A stretch of 62,959 nt of DNA, filler included, from Dugesia japonica (Eukaryota), in NCBI GenBank assembly GCA_001938525.1. It is 6 parts of 6 records of this genome, joined end to end, with 100 filler letters (N's around TTAATTAATTAA, not from the genome) between each part and the next. Parts side by side here need not be neighbours in the genome. Positions count along the whole stretch, not along the records: positions 43,108 to 54,205 come from MQRL01646055.1; positions 54,306 to 62,959 come from MQRL01566439.1; 4 more parts are not named here. One strand, written 5' to 3'. The translations under genes and the position numbers were made by a program. A model generated the notes under the pieces. The model worked only from the letters and a program-made list of their open reading frames with translations. It was not told where the DNA came from and made no database searches. This document shows, piece by piece, positions 50,500 to 62,959 of the stretch (position 1 is its first letter; the number at the start of each line of letters is the position of its first letter).

Positions 50500-51310
50500 T
50501 ATTTCAAATATCTCTCTTCTGTCTTCATTATTTCGATTCGGATTATCCCTTCTTAAACTAACTCCCCTGACGGAATGTATGCAAAGGAGTTGTTCTGGTT
50601 TTTTTCTTTGACAATATCATGCATTTCAAAGCTTTCGTCTTCGTCACTTTGTACCTCTTGTTCTTCTTGGATGCATAAAAGTTTAGTATTTCCGCCATTA
50701 GATCGACCTTGCTCAAGATAGCATTGTCGGAAATTGTGTCCAGCTTTCTCGCATTTCAAACATTTATCTTTTAATGGATATTGATAACACATATGTCCAT
50801 GTTTTCTGCAATAATAACATTGTCCTTCTCGTATTCTTTCTTCTCGTAGTTCAAGTAATCCTCTACATCTGTTAAAATGACATCATACAATCTGTTTCAT
50901 CGAAACAGTCGATTTTCTACTTAAACTCTGTTTTCTGTTCTCTGTAATCATCGGTTGTGACATCCTCTCGTTGTATTTTCTCTGATACGTTAATATTTCT
51001 GTTCTTGGTTTTTCATATCTTACATTATTATCGGTTTTAAAATTAATTGACGGCTGATTTTGAGCTTGTTTATCATGATTACTTTGGTCTTTTTTTTAAC
51101 ACATTTGAATAACTCTTTCTCTGTATTGCGTAAATATCTTCATTTCCAGCAACGCGTTGGAAATGTTCTTTATCTTCATATATTTTTGCCAGAAATCTCA
51201 TCTCGGCAACTTTCATTTTTGGTCTTGTTGTAAGCGTCTCTCCCAAATTTTGATTCCTGATTTTATTTGTCAGCAAATCATTTACAACATGGACCTTCAA
51301 CCTGGGCGAT
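50500..51310 (-). mobile_element. Gypsy gag remnant with zinc knuckles
   Basis: CYYCRKHGH..C and CLKCEKAGHNFRQC. Confidence 0.75.
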
Positions 51311-51319
51311 ATCGCCAAC

Positions 51320-53160
51320 TAGTGGGCGTTAGAAAATAATAATTGAGCGCTAGAAAGAAAGTGGACAGTGAATGGGCGCTCTATGTATATGTGGGCATTA
51401 GCATTTTGAAAATTTATCTGAAACCTTAACCCAGCTGTAACTAGTATATATACTTGCATACAAACACTCACTCACATAAACAAAGCACCATTCACCAAAT
51501 CCAACAACCAATCAACTTAGCTGCGTTGCTCTAGTATCTGTATCTAACTGTAAATAGTATATGCTACATGTATATGCACACACTTGCAAAATTTCTGTTA
51601 CTAATAATGTAGGTAACACACTCAGCAATTTGAGAAAACTGTCAGTACAGCGTTACATCTTCTTACGAAGTACAGACAGTGCAACTGTCATTTTAAAGTT
51701 TGCACAGCTTGTCTTTTGCTTTTATCTGTAATACGTGTATCAACAGCATAGTACGGGTAGAAATAGTACATGCTTGTTGAGCTAGATACTTTACAAATAC
51801 ATTAATTTGCATTTAATTATCCTCAGGATTGCATAAGGACATCAAAGAAGAAGCTTTACCAACAGTATTCAATGGACTATCTCTCGAATGGATTTGTTAA
51901 AGCTCTTAATTATGAATACATCAAATACATTTAAATTCTATACACTCAGACATAATGGATAAGCCACTGGATTATTTTAAAATTTGAATAAGCAATTCAA
52001 GGAACGAAAAACAATAACCACAATCTTTCAAAAAAGTAATGCAAAATTAGTAGATGGTTGCATCCAACCATGTTTTTGAACTCAAATCAAAGTGTGGTAA
52101 ACCTCATAATATTCTTGAAGCACTCATCTCATCAGCACTTTAAATAATTATTAGAACTGCGATGCACCAGGATCCAACCAAAGTGCTCAAAGTTTTAACA
52201 CTAAGTGACACATATGTTTAGAGATGTATTGATAGAATGGCAATAGATATATAAGGACAACTGGTTCCAATCTTACGAGCCACTAAATTTTAATTGCAAA
52301 TAAATGAATCTACGTTATCTGGTAATTAAGCTTTGTTTATCGCAAATGTCAAATACTTCTCTTGACATGAAGCATATTCCTTTTGACAACGTTGTTGTCC
52401 GCGCAACTGATGGTGCACCTGCGGTGGTTGGTCGCTATCGTGAATTCTCAGCACATTTGAAAACTTCAACTCCTAGTATATTTAACACTCATTGTGTTTC
52501 ACACAGACAACATCTTGTAGCTAAGCAGCTAATTAAGAATCTGCACTCTTCATTGGAAACTATTTATCCGTGCTGCGATCAAGCTCAATAGTAATTCTCT
52601 GAATGATCACCTCTTTTGCCAATTGTGAAAAAACAATGATGGATAGCATAATTAACTTGATTTTCATACTGTTGTTCGTTGGTTGTAAAAAGGTAACTAA
52701 TTTGCAAGATTTAGAGAATTATTTGATAGTATTCTACTATTCTTTGATTCAAATGGTGACATCAACTTTTTAATGAATTAAAAGCTGCAAAGAAAGATCC
52801 GTATTACATCTTAGTAATATTCCAGAGGTTCATTGATATCAGTTTGAAAGGTCACGGACAGCTTATGAAATTAATCAATTCCAATAAGACTATTGTCACA
52901 TTTATTCAGAGGTTTGCATTGTACCGACAGAATATCCTTAGGCGTGAATTTTATAAATTTCAAATACTCAGTGAGGGTTGAAATAAATAATAATAACACT
53001 AAGAAATTTGAAAAGCATCTGAAATCCTTGGAAACTGGCATTGCATCGCGCTTTTGTGATTTGATTGAGTTTCACGTACCACTTTTCCACTTTTTTGCAT
53101 CTTCTTTCGTAATTTCGTTCCACAATAGGATAAAAAATTCACATCAAGATTAAATCCTTC
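51320..53160 (+). mobile_element. Degenerate hAT (Charlie/Buster-type) transposase
   Basis: ATDGAPAVVG, THCVSHRQHLVAK, HTVVRWL*KG motifs. Confidence 0.85.
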
Positions 53161-53545
53161 ACAATGATCCATTAGTCGATTTCTTTCAGCCATGCTGTAG
53201 CTTCTGAAGCATCTTTGCCATCATTTTTTATATTAAAATTGATAAGCTCCTGAGTCTTCTTAGGCAAGGCTTCTAAAAGTAATTCTCGTTGTTGGCATGT
53301 CAATACATTAACATTTTCGGAGTGGTCGCCAGTTAAGTTACTTTCAAAATCAGACTTCATTTATATATATAATAAATAACGCCATTTCAAACCTTTTTGT
53401 TGTCGCTTGCTTTATTAACGCGCGGTCTTTATTGTTTACCTTTTAATGCCACTAAAAAATTTGTTAGAAAATCCAGATTAAACAAAACATTTTTTAATAA
53501 TTATTATGTAATAATTAATAAAGCTATATAAATAACTTTAATAAT

Positions 53546-53578
<33 letters not shown>

Positions 53579-54062
53579 TATTTACTTTATTCAAATATTT
53601 TAAATCGTAACTATAAATATATTGACTTATACTGTCACATTTTAAACCGCCACATTTAGCAGACTAAATACTAATATAAATTCATTTTATTTCAAATTGT
53701 CTACGAAAACCGGACAAATTGATTCTGACCATGATTTTAAAAACCGGCTTGTTTAATATTTTAATATATTTTCTTGTTTTTTTTATAGATTTTGTATTGA
53801 AGTTTTTAAAATATTTTTCAATTTTTATTATTTTATAGATTTTGAAAAAATTTTAAAAAAAGATTTTTAATATAATATAAATTTAAAAACTTATATATGC
53901 GTAAAACAGGAATTTTAAAAAAATATTATTATAGAGAAAAAAAATCTTTATTGAAAAATTGTTAAAATTAAAAAATTAAGAATTTATAGCCATCTTATAT
54001 TCAGTATAATTGCGTGAATCTTTGTTTAAATAATATAAACTGAATAAACTAATTTTTTCATT

Positions 54063-54104
54063 TTCGTCTGATGATGACGATTGATCCGTCGAAATGTATA
54101 ACAA
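54063..54104 (+). ncRNA. Minimal hammerhead ribozyme (Penelope-like pseudo-LTR), paralog of 43173-43211
   Basis: CTGATGA-T-GACGA TTGAT CCGTC-GAAA-TGTATA-ACAA, followed by AATAAA. Confidence 0.6.
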
Positions 54105-54305
54105 TAAAGTTTTATTTTCAATGGCGTTATTTATTTTTTATTAAACATTTGCTATTGTTTTCTCACACACACACACAAAGCTATTTATATATATAAAGAA
54201 AATATNNNNNNNNNNNNNNNNNNNNNNNNNNNNNNNNNNNNNNNNNNNNTTAATTAATTAANNNNNNNNNNNNNNNNNNNNNNNNNNNNNNNNNNNNNNN
54301 NNNNN

Positions 54306-54900
54306 TACATTCTCAAACTAATGAGGCGATTAAAAGGGATGCTTGATTTTTCTTACCAATTCAACGAACATGGTCAAATAGATCAAAATCGAAGAAAATT
54401 AACTTATGAAGAAATATTCGGTGAGGAAAAGCAAAATAATGAAGGTTTTCTTTTATTATTATTCTATTATTATTCCATTAATTTTATTTTCTTAAGAAAA
54501 TTTCAATTCACCGGTTATTTATCATGGATATAAAATGGCGTTTCTCAAAGAAAATAAATCATTGCTTCTGCCAGATGTAGTCAAGTTTCAAAAAGTTAAA
54601 TTCGAATTCCATATATCACATTTAACTGATAAAAATATACAATTCATAAAAGATAAATTGAGCCAAATTGATACAGAAATNGAAACAGACATTCCAATGA
54701 AAAGATCATTCTATATTCGAGCAACGGACTTCAATTCGTATGATAATACTGGAAATCCATGTATGCCCACACAAGATGGTATGGTTGCACGTTTCCATAG
54801 CAACCGTCCCATTCTTCGTCACCAAAGCCAAAAAAAATCTACATTCCACTATCAAAATAATCTCTACAAAAAATTCATCGCAAGTCGCTCAAAAACATAG
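54306..54900 (+). CDS. Partial two-exon ORF of unknown function next to a Polinton-like terminus
   Basis: Two open stretches joined by a probable short AT-rich intron (~54445-54496). Confidence 0.3.
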
Positions 54901-55480
54901 GAGGAGTCTAGCACAGTAACTTTGGAACCTTATTTCGTCACCACCATTCAAAATAAAAAATTTTCAATTTCATCATCAAATTCCGCATATTTTTCTTATA
55001 TTTTCAAAAAAAAAAGAATTTCAAATATTCAAACTTTTTTTTTCAAAAATATTTTAAAAATTTTTTAAATCCGCCAAATTTTTCGTTGCCATGACAACTG
55101 TTCCCATGGATACGGTCACCGCTGACACACACAACGCACCCATTTTTGCGACCCAGTTCCCCTTAGTTACCGCGCAATATCGATTTTTCTGTCACCGCCA
55201 CGGTTGCCATTGGTTACGGTTGCGATTACCCCCCCCCACTGTGCTAGACTCCTCCCTTCTATCTACTTACATGTATTCGACATTGAAATATAACACCAAT
55301 TACAATCGAGTATACTGTATCACTGACCTTAAAAATTTCAACCAGTCAGAATAGAGGATTATGAATCACTTTGACCTTGAAAAAATTTCCCTCCAATCAC
55401 AATCAAGTATACATAAACACTTTGACCTTGAAAAATTTGACCTTAGGGGGGGTGTTTATGTGCGCCACTATATATCTACT
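54899..55480. repeat. Two stacked Polinton-like right termini (ending 55267 and 55480)
   Basis: Both end ATCTACT after C/G runs; GGAGGAGTCTAGCACAGT (54900) is inverted at ~55238-55255. Confidence 0.5.
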
Positions 55481-56120
55481 GAAGTAGTTGGATCAATACT
55501 TCTTCATGTTTCACTCTGTGAAGTATAGAAATGTAGCCTGTTCTAAATATTTTCCATGTTATATGATGTTTTTCTGGTGAAATTTTATGTTTGTATTGAA
55601 AGTGGTTGAAGACTTCATTTACTTTCAATTTGAGATTTTCCTTAATTTTTGTTCCTATATATGTATCCTTACATAAGGTGCATGTTATTTTATAAGTGAT
55701 ATTTTTCTTATTGCATATATTTTTTACCATAAAAGATGCATAGGTTTTATCTTGGTTTCTGTAATTGGATACTCAAAGGTGCTTATGTTTTGAAATTTGG
55801 TTTACGTTTTTCTTAGTTTTTTTATTAATGTGATGAATTCATACACTTCTAAAATTTAGTTTATTCTTTTTATTAGTTCCTTATTTTTTCAAGTAACTAT
55901 TTACTTAATTCTTTTTTTCATTCTCATTTAGTTGTTTTTGTTGAATTCAATTTTCTATTAACTTGCTAAGTAGCACATGCACTAAGATTAACGTGTTTCT
56001 TTATTTTAATAAAGAATAATAATTATCGATTTTTATTTAAATAGCTTAACACGCCATTTTTTAAATATTTATTTATTATAAGTTTCGACAGTATATCTGT
56101 CGTCTTCATGCAAACTGTTT
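55481..56120 (-). mobile_element. Penelope-like element remnant: GIY-YIG endonuclease plus degenerate hammerhead (56075-56115)
   Basis: CNKKNITYKITCTLCKDTYIGT..HF..H..E; minus strand TGAAGA-C-GACAG ATATA CTGTC-GAAAC. Confidence 0.75.
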
Positions 56121-57815
56121 AAAACTATGAAAAGAGTATATTTACCAAAATTCGGCGTTATGCAATCGATTATGTAAAATTCAATAAAATTAAAATTAAT
56201 TAAAGACAACTTATAAGTTTAAAAGAACGGGAAACAATTTTAAAATTTGGAAGATTTACTGAATATTTTAACAAAACATTTTTAAAATCTTTAAAATCTT
56301 TAAAGAAATATTTAAAAAATAAAAACATTTTATAATCGAATTTTATTTAACTAATTTTTATTATTCTTCTTTTATTTCTTTTTGATGATTTAAAAATAAC
56401 TTTATTTTCTATTTAAATAAGTCCATTTCGGTTTTTTATTTTAAACTTTTACAATTATTAATTTCTCTACGTTAATTCATGGTTATTATTATTATATTAT
56501 TATTTATCAGTTTTTTTTTAATTGTTTCGTTTTGAAATATTTTAATTTACTTTGAAATCGGGTTGATTCCAATTTCTTGATGACGTTTTTAAAACGCTAA
56601 CTTATTTACGAAAGACTATTTTTATATCGATCTATCTGGTAACCATGTCCATTACCGGACAGGTAAACCTTGCTGGCATTGACCCTGGAGACATCTCCAA
56701 CGATCCTGACGCTCTGTTAGCGATTAAGTTATTATATGGTTTTTTGAACAATGACTCATTTCATGCACAATTCCATGTTGTTGAAGGAACTGTAGACTAT
56801 TTCTTTTATCATGACCATACAGCGGATAATTGCAACAAATTAATTTTATTAATTAATCTATTTATTAATAGTAAAAACATAAAATACATCAGGAAACATA
56901 ATTCGGGTGAATTAAAAGACAAATACCATTGCTTATATTTTTTAAAATTATCAACAAAGCTTATGAAATGAAAATTGGTTTTGCAAATTAAATAAATTAA
57001 TTTTGTAGGGAAAAATTAGAGATTTTTCAAAATTTTAAATAATTATTTTTCTTTGTAAAATAGATTAATTTCAAATTAAAGTCTGTAAATTTACTAGTGA
57101 AATTAAATTTTAGATATTTATGTAATTATATTGTAATATTTTTTTGTAAAATAATTTTTTTTTGGTAAAAATTATTTTAAAAATTGGATTTAATTTTTCA
57201 TATTGTTTCTTCATTGTATAAAATATTTCTTTTGTTATTAATAAATTATGGATTTAAATCAAAATCTTTTTGATGCGCTTAAACCACTTGTTTTAAAAAA
57301 AATTTAAACAAATAACTAATTCAATTGTTTTTATTTAATTTTGTATGTGTATTATATTATTCAATAATTGTTTTGATCGAAGCTTTTTATTATTTTAATG
57401 AAATNNNNNNNNNNNNNNNNNNNNNNNNNNNNNNNNNNNNNNNNNAATAATTGTAATTATAAAATAACACATTAAATTAAAATTAGTAATTATTGTTGAT
57501 TAATTTTTTTTAGTAAATAATTCATTTTATGAAATTAAGCATATCAAATATATGTCAAGTATATTCTATTTTAAATCGAAACTATAATCAATAATTTATT
57601 ACAATTAAAGATTTATTGTTTATTAATTCTAAATGAATCGTTTATTTTAATATATTTCAATGATAAATTTTAAGATATTATTTCCATAAGAAATATTTAT
57701 GTTAAATATATTTTAAATTCACTGTACTACTTATAAAACAAATTGTAAAAAAATAATAATTATATATTATATGCAAATTAATAACATTATTGTGAGAACA
57801 GTAAATATTTGCTAG

Positions 57816-58880
57816 TCATAATCCTATCCCAATTGACATGTGATATTTTTGGAATAGTTTATGACACAGAATCTTATCGAGACTAATTCTACTCTTTCTA
57901 TCTTTACAAAGACAGGATTGTATTAAATCTTGACATTCCGGTGAAGCAGTTTCGATAGAAATTGATGATTTCAGTATTTCATTTTCAGTTTTAAAAGGAC
58001 TGTCACCTGTAATCATATTATATAAAAGTGCTCCAATTGTCCAACTTTCTAATTCTTTCACTAAATAACGTTTCTCTTCTATCCATTCTGGAGGACTGAA
58101 TATTGAAGTTCCTATTTGAAATCAATTTCAATTGTTTTAAATATAATTAATAAATACCATTGAAATCAAAATATTCTCCATCGTGATAATAATGACCGGA
58201 ACCGAAATCAATTAGTTTAATTTCTTTTGTATTTACATCAATAAGTATATTTTCATCCTTTAAATCTCTATGGGCAACACCAGCTTTGTGGCAACCAATC
58301 AGAGTGTGAAGTAGTTGATTTAATATAAAAACAGCTGTTTCTTCAGACATTTGACAGTTTAAATTGATAAAATCAAATAAATCGATTGAATTTGGATTTC
58401 TTTCCATTACAAAACACCAGGCTTTAAATTCTTCTAATTCAACAATTTCCAATAGTTTAATTACACCCGGAATTCCTTGACATTGAGCTAATAAAGCAGC
58501 TTCTAATGGAATTTTTTGAAATGTTTTCTTTAAAAAAAATTCATTAAAAAATAATTAAAGTTTATTAAATTAACAATACTTCATGTAAACAATATTCCGA
58601 TATTTTCTCTTTCATCACGAATTTCAGTGCAACCGGTTTACCATTGATTTTCTTTATTGCTTTAAAAACTTTCCCAAATCCACCTTCACCTATTTTACTC
58701 TGGATTTCATAATTATTTTGTATGTAAATTNNNNNNNNNNNNNNNNNNNNNNNNNNNNNNNNNNNNAAAAAAAACAAATAAATAAACGATAATCTTTCAA
58801 ATAAAATATCCACTTGTAAATTTCGAACGATACATTTCCGAAAAATCGTCAGAATTAATTAGCAAATTCATAAATGGCAT
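57816..58880 (-). CDS. PIM: PIM-family Ser/Thr kinase; exons ~58880-58814, ~58730-58580, 58527-58158, 58111-57816
   Basis: GEGGFGKV, VALK, IPLE, VMERNPNSIDLFDFI hinge, HRDLKDEN, DFGSG, GTSIFSPPEWI. GT-AG introns 58579-58528 and 58157-58112 preserve the frame; the first intron is partly in an N gap. Confidence 0.92.
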
Positions 58881-61377
58881 AATTTTTATCAACACAGCAA
58901 ATAAATACTAAGTATTAGTAATTTACATTAAAAAGTTATATTTAAATACGATAATGATTGGTTGAATTAGTACAAACAGGATGTTTTTCAATGTTGTTAC
59001 CTTCCAAAATAAGTAACAACGAGAACATTAGATTATTATTTTATCAATATTTGATTTTATATTTGATATCTGTGTATTGTTTTGTGATTAATAATTCAAG
59101 TTTAATTATACTATCATTACTAAAAATGAAAATTCGTATTTAAAATTAGTAAGTAAATACTAAAAAAATTTTTAAAAATGTCGCAACGTTTGTATTTTTT
59201 CTGTTAGTTGTAAACAATATTTTTTTTAATAAAAAGAAGATAATTTTGCATAATTTGTAGTTATAATATCAAATCGATTAATTAAATAGTTTGTTTTGGT
59301 ACAATTGTTTGGCTCCTAAACAATCCAAACGGAGAGATAAATATTTGATTTGTGGATGTATTTATATTTGCTTATGTGATAAAACAATCAGAAAAAAAAG
59401 TTAAAAATTTCGCATAGAATATCTGCATTTGCAGTCAATTTAATTATGGCATAAAAACTAGTGTAATATTAAATTAAAGTATCATATAAAAAGAGAATAT
59501 ATTATAAAAAATAATAAACAAAAGGTTATGGATAATCAGTAACCATATCAATAATATAGTTGCGCAGCGAACATAACTGATGACTGGAGCACAATACATT
59601 TTTGGCACCCCTAACCCCTGAAAAACAGTAATATGATATATAGCAGTGGTTCCCAAACTTTATCAGTCGTATATCCTTCGCCCAAAAAAAACTATTAAAT
59701 TATTTTTGACGCAGAAAATCTTGTGTCTTCAGGACCATTCGGCGCTCTTCTGCGATAATATAATCATAGTTGGATTCATAAAATAATCCTAGTGGGATTT
59801 CACTATTTCAGCCTTATTTATGTATAATAGTCATATTTGAATTCACTATTTTGCTGTTCCTGGTTATAATTTTATTATGTAAATCATAGGTCTAATTTAA
59901 TGTATCAAATTTTCTTTTAATCATCTAGTAAAAATTGAGCGACTAATTAATATCGATTTAACCTTAAGTGATTTAGCCAGTGCTGAATCAAACATCACGG
60001 AGGTTGAAAAAGTTGAACAGTTACAGTGGTGAAAATCGAAAGCTGTCCGTCTGATCAAAGAAATGGCGACACTGTACCAATAGAATAATTAATTGCTTGA
60101 GAAGAATAGACACATGTTGGTGGACGTAGTAGAGTCTTTTATGAATCACGAAGACAGCTTAGTCGCCAATGTGCGCTTATTATAGGTGCATATAGAAACC
60201 GTAAAAATAATCATCCTGAACGATAAAAGCCAGAATAACAGGATTAAGACAGCGGAGAGCGAGTCAGAAGATTCGGGGGTTACGAGTGACATTTTCCCTA
60301 ATTCTTGTTTGTATCATGTGGATGTTTTGATTATGAATTAAATGTATAGTGTAAATTGGGTATTGGAACTGAATATATGATTTTCTTTTAATATTTTTTG
60401 CAACTACTTAGCCATCTTTATAGATCATGTGTGATGTGATTATTGATTTTTCAATAAAGTAGTTGATAGCATTTTATTTTTGAATGGAAAAATATTCATC
60501 ATATCTAATAATTTTGGGATTGATAAACTCATATTTCTAAAATTACATTATTATTAAATATTATCTCATTTATAATGATTTCTTTAGGCATTATATAGTT
60601 TTATTGTTATAAAATCAATAAATACAGTATTTATGCCTAATTAAAAATTCTTTTTAAAAATACAAATATTTTATATTTTTAAAATAAGATTAATTTAGCT
60701 CGGTAAAACAAAACGCGCTCTAATCGTAAGAGCTCTATAAATTCTATTAAAAATTACATTTACTATTACTCTACAAAGACATTACAATGATTATACTAAA
60801 CTAAAAAATGTTAGTCGGCCAAAATATAACTTTTAACAATTAGTTGGTAGTATGAGTAAAATAAATTTACCAAAAAAAGCTATAATATTTTTTATTTTAA
60901 TTTATATTTTTTAATATTTTCACTATACTATTTTTTAAATGATGAAGAGCTACTTTGCCAAATATTAGTGCAGTTTTATACAATTTTTCAACAATTGAAA
61001 TTTCTCCAGCATACATAGTAGGTTATTCTATCGTATTTTGCAATATTTTATCAAATGATTGACGAACAAAAATGATAAGAGAGTATAGATCCATAAAATC
61101 ACTAGTGTTGCATACGATACCATACCGTGCGATATGGTATGGTATCCCGTACGATACCATCTACCTAATATGTTGGTAATTGAAATGTCTCAGATCAGGA
61201 GACAAGGTATTGGTATGACTTTATCACTAATTGACAATGGCCCAGAATAAGATTCACTATTAACGTTGGGTAAGAGTCACCGGAGTTGCCATCCATGTAC
61301 TCAAATGAAGAGTACATCAAATCATCGTTTGTGGGATATGAAGTGATGTTTATTTTTTCGAGCCATATCACCCATGA

Positions 61378-62060
61378 CCCATATATATAAAAATATTTAA
61401 AACAAACACCCTATTCACTCACTGACTCACTCTGGAACGCTAATATTTTAGTTAATATTAAACTAGATATTAATTTATTAACGAAAATTATCAATAACTA
61501 AAGAAACAAAATTATATAATAGTTAAATTAATAGTTAATTAAATTTTTTTCAACGAACCAATCAAAAACTTGGTTTGAAAAATTTGACCAATCAAATTAG
61601 TAGTGTCATTCTGTCATATTTATCTACTTGGTTAATATAATGGTTAACAAAATTATGTTTGAGCATGTCATCACTATTGACTTTCAGAAAAAATGCTTGC
61701 AATGTGCATTAGTTTTGGTTGAAGAAGTAGATCCGATAAACTGCGGCTTTATATTTTTGAATTAGTAGACGTAAGAATTTAATTCTTTATTTTGATCACA
61801 AAATCAAACAAAATAAATACAAAGTACAAAGTTCCTTTGATTCCAGCCTATGCAGTCACTATAAATAAGTCANNNNNNNNNNNNNNNNNNNNNNNNNNNN
61901 NNNNNNNNNNNNNNNNNNNNNNNNNNNNNNNNNNNNNNNNNNNNNNNNNNNNNNNNNNNNNNNNNNNNNNNNNAAGTCAAAGTCTTTATCAAAGAGAATC
62001 TTGTGCATACCGGAATAATTCAGCAAATAAATACTAATGCTTCATTGTATGAAAATTAAA
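61378..62060 (+). mobile_element. Helitron-like remnant (5' end plus PIF1 helicase C-terminal fragment)
   Basis: ATATATATAAAA..CACTCACTGACTCACTC start; VPLIPAYAVTINKS helicase motif just before the gap. Confidence 0.65.
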
Positions 62061-62687
62061 TCTTACTCCTCTTATTTTAACTCAAATCAAAGAAACGTTT
62101 GCGAATTGGGAAATTGTCGATTTCTTCTCAGTGTCTTCAGAAGTTTTTTTATTATAAAATAATTTAAAGTTTACCTGTAAATTACATTTTTTAAATATTC
62201 GAATTTCACATTTAGAATTTCGCTTATAGATTTTAAATCTCTGCTATATTTTTATGCTTGAATTATGCATTATTTGTCCACAGCGGAAATCTTATTAAAA
62301 TGTAATAAATATCAAGTGAAAATAGAAAAATAACTTTGAACAGCTATTTGATCCCTGTAGCTTTCGGTTGAATCAAAACTCTCGCTTGAAATAGTTTCAA
62401 ACTTCATTGAAAGTCTTTCAAAATAGCATTTAGTAAACCTCCAAAAACTGAATTGAGCATTGAATAAAAATGTGTGTATCTATGTGTGTGCTCTGTGTTC
62501 ATTTATTTTTTCTAACCTTTTTCTATTTCTAAGATATAAGCACTTAGTAAACTTTCATTAAGTTTTAAATGACTATTGTTTTCAGTTAAACTATAGGTAA
62601 CCAACCAGATACCAATAAATTATTATCAGGTTGGTACACTGTTTTAAGTTTAAGAGCTACACAGTTCAATATTGTAAGTTTTTTATT

Positions 62688-62959
62688 AGTAGTTAGATAT
62701 GTGCGCACGGCCGCACAAATTTATTGACCCCCCTATTTTTTGGGAGGTTCAATTTGATTGGTCGCGCACATATTTCCTGTGATTTGATTGGTGTAATTTT
62801 TTTCTTGTGCGATTACGTAACTACTGACTTAAATTTAATTGGCTGAAAATTTTTTGATATTTGATTATGTAATTTCGGTGGTCATACTAAATTTTTTTGG
62901 TCTAAATTGAGTGTTGATGACGTCATTATTACGTTTTGAAAACGATATGGTTGCGTCAT
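62688..62959 (+). repeat. Polinton-like left terminus
   Basis: AGTAGTTAGATATGTGCGCAC start; repeated GATTGG; TGACGTCA. Confidence 0.45.

Noticed and set aside
13622-54261. Recurrent TTAATTAATTAA palindrome at ~10-kb spacing
   Set aside because: Always embedded in N runs; a six-frame-stop linker added during contig concatenation.
59575-59665. CAGTGGTTCCCAAACT and nearby GC-rich motifs (similar relics at 48670-49050)
   Set aside because: Isolated hAT-type terminal fragments without a partner end or ORF; not informative.
61116-61146. 13-bp hairpin GATACCATACCGT/ATGGTATGGTATC
   Set aside because: Follows TAGTGTTG and consists of GATAC subterminal repeats typical of hAT ends; no evidence for an RNA gene.

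Overview
This is very AT-rich, repeat-dominated eukaryotic (animal) DNA. The composition, 46-52 nt introns and TE repertoire resemble a planarian/flatworm draft assembly (inference). The window is six unrelated contigs joined by an artificial N-TTAATTAATTAA-N spacer (13622, 22415, 31829, 43052, 54250), so there is no linkage across those points. Two host genes are recognisable: a spliced PIM-family kinase (minus strand, 57.8-58.9 kb) and an intronless, frameshifted CRIPT copy. The rest is decayed mobile DNA: several Ty3/Gypsy bodies, a Polinton/Maverick (adintovirus-like) fragment (capsid, PLA2-integrase fusion, packaging ATPase), several Polinton-like AGTAG termini, hAT, mariner, Helitron, Penelope-like remnants with minimal hammerhead ribozymes, and MITEs. 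The most unusual signal is a family of TG..CA-bounded, LTR-like elements with a 4-bp TSD, nested in Gypsy bodies. Each carries a conserved ordered array of small gene modules, each with its own splice acceptor, ORF, stop and usually AATAAA. Seven modules begin exactly AG|TG in frame, suggesting a start codon (A|TG) completed by splicing to a shared leader. One module protein is a coiled coil ending in a dynein light chain LC8-type motif (DKSTQT).
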